In this document: positions 60,979 through 64,000 of the stretch, piece after piece
Layout: the number at the start of each line of letters is the position of its first letter
Numbering within the stretch: the stretch's first letter is position 1
Assembly (NCBI RefSeq): GCF_964213995.1
Contig: NC_135818.1
Coordinates: 88,040,001-88,104,000 of the forward strand
Direction of reading: 5' to 3'
From: Mustelus asterias
Taxonomy: Eukaryota
DNA: 64,000 bases
The notes under the pieces: generated by a model
What the model was told of the DNA's origin: nothing
Seen by the model: the letters and a program-made list of their open reading frames with translations, nothing else
Database searches by the model: none
Translations under genes and position numbers: made by a program

Positions 60979-61264
60979 TACTGTGTCACTGTGGCTGGGT
61001 CAAAATCCAGGAACTCCCTTTCTAACAGCACTGTGGGTGTACCCACACCACATGGACTACCGTGGGTAAAAGGCAGCTCATCACCACCTTCTCAAGAACT
61101 GTTAGGGATGGGCAATAAATGCTGGTCCAGCCAATGATGCCCATGTCTCATGGGAAGCAGATGCGGGAATGGGACTGGATTGCTCCACAGGGGGACAGCA
61201 TGGATAGGATGGGCCGAATGTGCTCCTCCTGTGTGGCATCGTGGCGTCATGGATGTGAGGGTTC

Positions 61265-61620
61265 TCCCAGTGACGCCACAGGGAGAGTGTCAGTTTCCCG
61301 CTGACGTCACCGCGCGCGGGAGGGGGTTCCCGCTGACGTCACCGGGAGGGTCCTGCTGCAGGGATCGTGGCGGATCCGGTAAGGGAGCGAGTGGATCCCG
61401 AGAGATCCAGGACTGGGAGGGATCCGGCACCGGGCGGGCGGGGAGAGAGAGAGAGAGAGAGAGAACCCGTACCTGGGGGAGCCGTTACTCAGAGCCAAGG
61501 CCGCGCACAGGCCCTCATCCCCGGGCACTCCCGTTGCCCCAGGCCCGGGTCGCCGACCGCGGAAGGACAGCCGCAGTCGTCCGAGATCCAGCGGCCTCCG
61601 ACCCGGCGAGTGGGGTGGCT
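61265..61620. promoter_or_regulatory. CpG-island promoter, probably bidirectional (ZBTB1 and a plus-strand neighbour)
   Basis: Direct repeat ttcccgctgacgtcaccg at 61295-61312 and 61327-61344 (two perfect CREs); plus donor CCG|gtaagg at 61379; minus donor CAG|gtacgg at 61472. Confidence 0.65.
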
Positions 61621-61754
61621 CTGTGTCTTTGGAGAGAGGGGAGTGTGCGGCTCTGTGTCCCTGGGGGGAGGGGGGAATGTGAGCTCTGTGTCCGGGGGGT
61701 GGATGGCGGTGGGGTGGTGCTCTGTGTGGGGTGGGGGTGGGGGTGGGGGGAGGT

Positions 61755-63250
61755 AGAGTGGGAGTTCTGTGGAGGGGGTGGAGTGGGAGTTCTGTGGAGG
61801 GGGTGGAGTGGGAGTTCTGTGGAGGGGGTGGAGTGGGAGTTCTGTGGAGGGGGTGGAGTGGAGTTCTGTGGAGGGGGCTGGAGTGGAGTTCTGTGTGGGG
61901 GGGTGGAAGGGTTGGAGTGGAGCTCTGTGTGGGGGGAGGGTGGAAGGGTTGGAGTGGGAGCTCTGTGTGGGGGGGGAGTGGGAGCCCTGTGGGGGGGTGG
62001 GGGGAGTGGGAGCTCTGTGGGGGGGGGGGGGGGGTGGGGGGAGTGGGAGCTCTGTGGGGGGGGGGGGGTGGGGGGAGTGGGAGCTCTGTGGGGGGGGGGG
62101 GGGTGGGGGGAGTGGGAGCTCTGTGGGGGGGGGGGGGTGGGGGGAGTGGGAGCTCTGTGGGGGGGGGGGGTGGGGGGAGTGGGAGCTCTGTGGGGGGGGG
62201 GGGTGGGGGGAGTGGGAGCTCTGTGGGGGGGGGGGGGGGGTGGGGGGAGTGGGAGCTCTGTGGGGGGGGGGTGGGGGGAGTGGGAGCTCTGTGGGGGGGG
62301 GGTGGGGGGAGTGGGAGCTCTGTGGGGGGGGGGTGGGGGGAGTGGGAGCTCTGTGGGGGGGGGTGGGGGGAGTGGGAGCTCTGTGGGGGGGGGGTGGGGG
62401 GAGTGGGAGCTCTGTGGGGGGGGGGGGTGGGGCGAGTGGGAGCTCTGTGGGGGGGGGGTGGGGGGAGTGGGAGCTCTGTGGGGGGGGGGTGGGGGGAGTG
62501 GGAGCTCTGTGGGGGGGGGGTGGGGGGAGTGGGAGCTCTGTGGGGGGGGGGGTGGGGGGAGTGGGAGCTCTGTGGGGGGGGGGTGGGGGGAGTGGGAGCT
62601 CTGGGGGGGTGGGGGGAGTGGGAGCTCTGGGGGGGTGGGGGGGGTGGGGGGAGTGGGAGCTCTGGGGGGTGGGGGGGGTGGGGGGAGTGGGAGCTCTGTG
62701 GGGGGGGGGGTGGGGGGAGTGGGAGCTCTGTGGGGGTGGGGTGGGGGGAGTGGGAGCTCTGTGGGGGGGGTGGGGGGAGTGGGAGCTCTGTGGGGGGGGG
62801 AGTGGGAGCTCTGTGGGGGGGGGGAGTGGGAGCTCTGTGGGGGGGGGGGGTGGGGGGAGTGGGAGCTCTGTGGGGGGGGTGTGGGGGGAGTGGGAGCTCT
62901 GTGTGGGGGGGGGTGGGGGGAGTGGGAGCTCTGTGTGGGGGGGGGTGGGGGGAGTGGGAGCTCTGTGGGGGGGGGGTGGGGGGTGGGGGGAATGGGAGCT
63001 CGGTGGGGGGAGTGGGAGCTCTGTGGGGGGGGGAGTGGGAGCTCTGTGGGGGGGGGCGGAGTGGGAATTCTGTGGGGGGGGGGGGGCGGAGTGGGAGTTC
63101 TGTGGGGGGGGGCGGAGTGGAAGCTCTGTTGGGGGGGTCGGAGTGGGAGCTCTGTGGGGGGGTCGGAGTGGGAGCTCTGTGGGGTGGGGTGGGGGGGGGA
63201 GAGTGGGATCTCTGTGGGGGGGGAGGGGGGGCGAAGTGGAGGCTCTGTGT
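61755..63250. repeat. Extremely G-rich minisatellite
   Basis: Unit gagtgggagctctgt(g)8-16t(g)6, dozens of copies. Confidence 0.95.
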
Positions 63251-63639
63251 CCCTGTGGTTGGGGGTGGGGGGTGGAGTGGAACGGAAACTGTTCTCATTC
63301 ATCAGAATGAGAGGAGTGCAGAGATCTGGGGGAGGAATGTGCGGCTGGAGGAGATTACAGAGAGAGGCAGGGGTGAGGCCATGGAGAGACTTGAAAACAA
63401 GAATGAGAGTTTTAAGTTTGAGGTTTTGTTTAATCGGGTGTCAGGGTAGGCCAGCTTCATGTTCATGTGGGCATCACTGGCAAGGCCATCCCTAGTTGCC
63501 TCTTGAGTTGCCTTGAACCCCTGTAGTCCGAGGTGTACGTACAACCACAGTGCTGTTAGGAAGGAAGTTCCAGGATTTTGACCCAGTGACAGTGAAGGAA
63601 CGGTGATATATTTCCAAGTCAGGATGGGCATAGAGTTTG

Positions 63640-64000
63640 ACAACGTGGAAAGAGGCCCTTTGGCCCATTGTGTTTGTTATGGCCATCAAGTACCTATCTA
63701 TTCTAATCCCATTTTCCAATACTTGGTCCGTAACCTTGTATACTGTGGTATTTCAAGTGCTCATCTAAATGCTTCTTAAATGTTGAGAGGGTTCCTGCCT
63801 TTACCATCCTTTCAGGCAGTGAGTTCCAGATTCTCACCACCCTCTGGGTGAAAATGTTTTCCCTCACATCTCCAATAAACTTCCTGCTCCTAACCTTAAA
63901 TCACTGCCCCCTGGTTATTGACCTCTCTACTAAGGGGAAAGGTTTCTTCCTATCTATGACCCTTGTAATTTTGTACACCTCCATGAGGTTCTCCCCTCAG
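63640..64000 (-). mobile_element. CR1 3' fragment (runs off the window)
   Basis: caccaccctctgggtgaaaa and adjacent CR1 3' sequence in reverse complement. Confidence 0.7.

Noticed and set aside
61150-63495. Long Gly-rich and Pro-rich ORFs (500-780 aa) in several frames
   Set aside because: These are stop-free translations of the G-rich minisatellite on both strands.

Overview
Repeat-dense vertebrate genomic DNA, almost certainly from a shark or other elasmobranch (HE1/V-SINEs, abundant CR1 LINEs, Penelope-like elements). Three protein-coding genes lie on the minus strand in the order I recall from human 14q23. ZBTB1 has a single coding exon (43928-46048). An HSPA2-type Hsp70 (641 aa) is unusually split by one 12.6-kb phase-1 intron. 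The first three short exons of PPP1R36 are not recognisable in the ORF track. A CpG/CRE promoter near 61.3 kb probably serves ZBTB1 and a head-to-head neighbour (ZBTB25 by synteny, not seen). The rest is nested CR1, Rex/Babar, Gypsy, Harbinger, SINE and Penelope-like insertions, plus minisatellites and one N gap. The most interesting hidden signal is a set of minimal hammerhead-ribozyme motifs in three Penelope-like families, with covarying stems. Two of them lie sense within the HSPA2 intron, whose ends are also bracketed by an 86-nt perfect inverted pair. All family and orthology calls come from manual reading and recalled sequences, not database searches.
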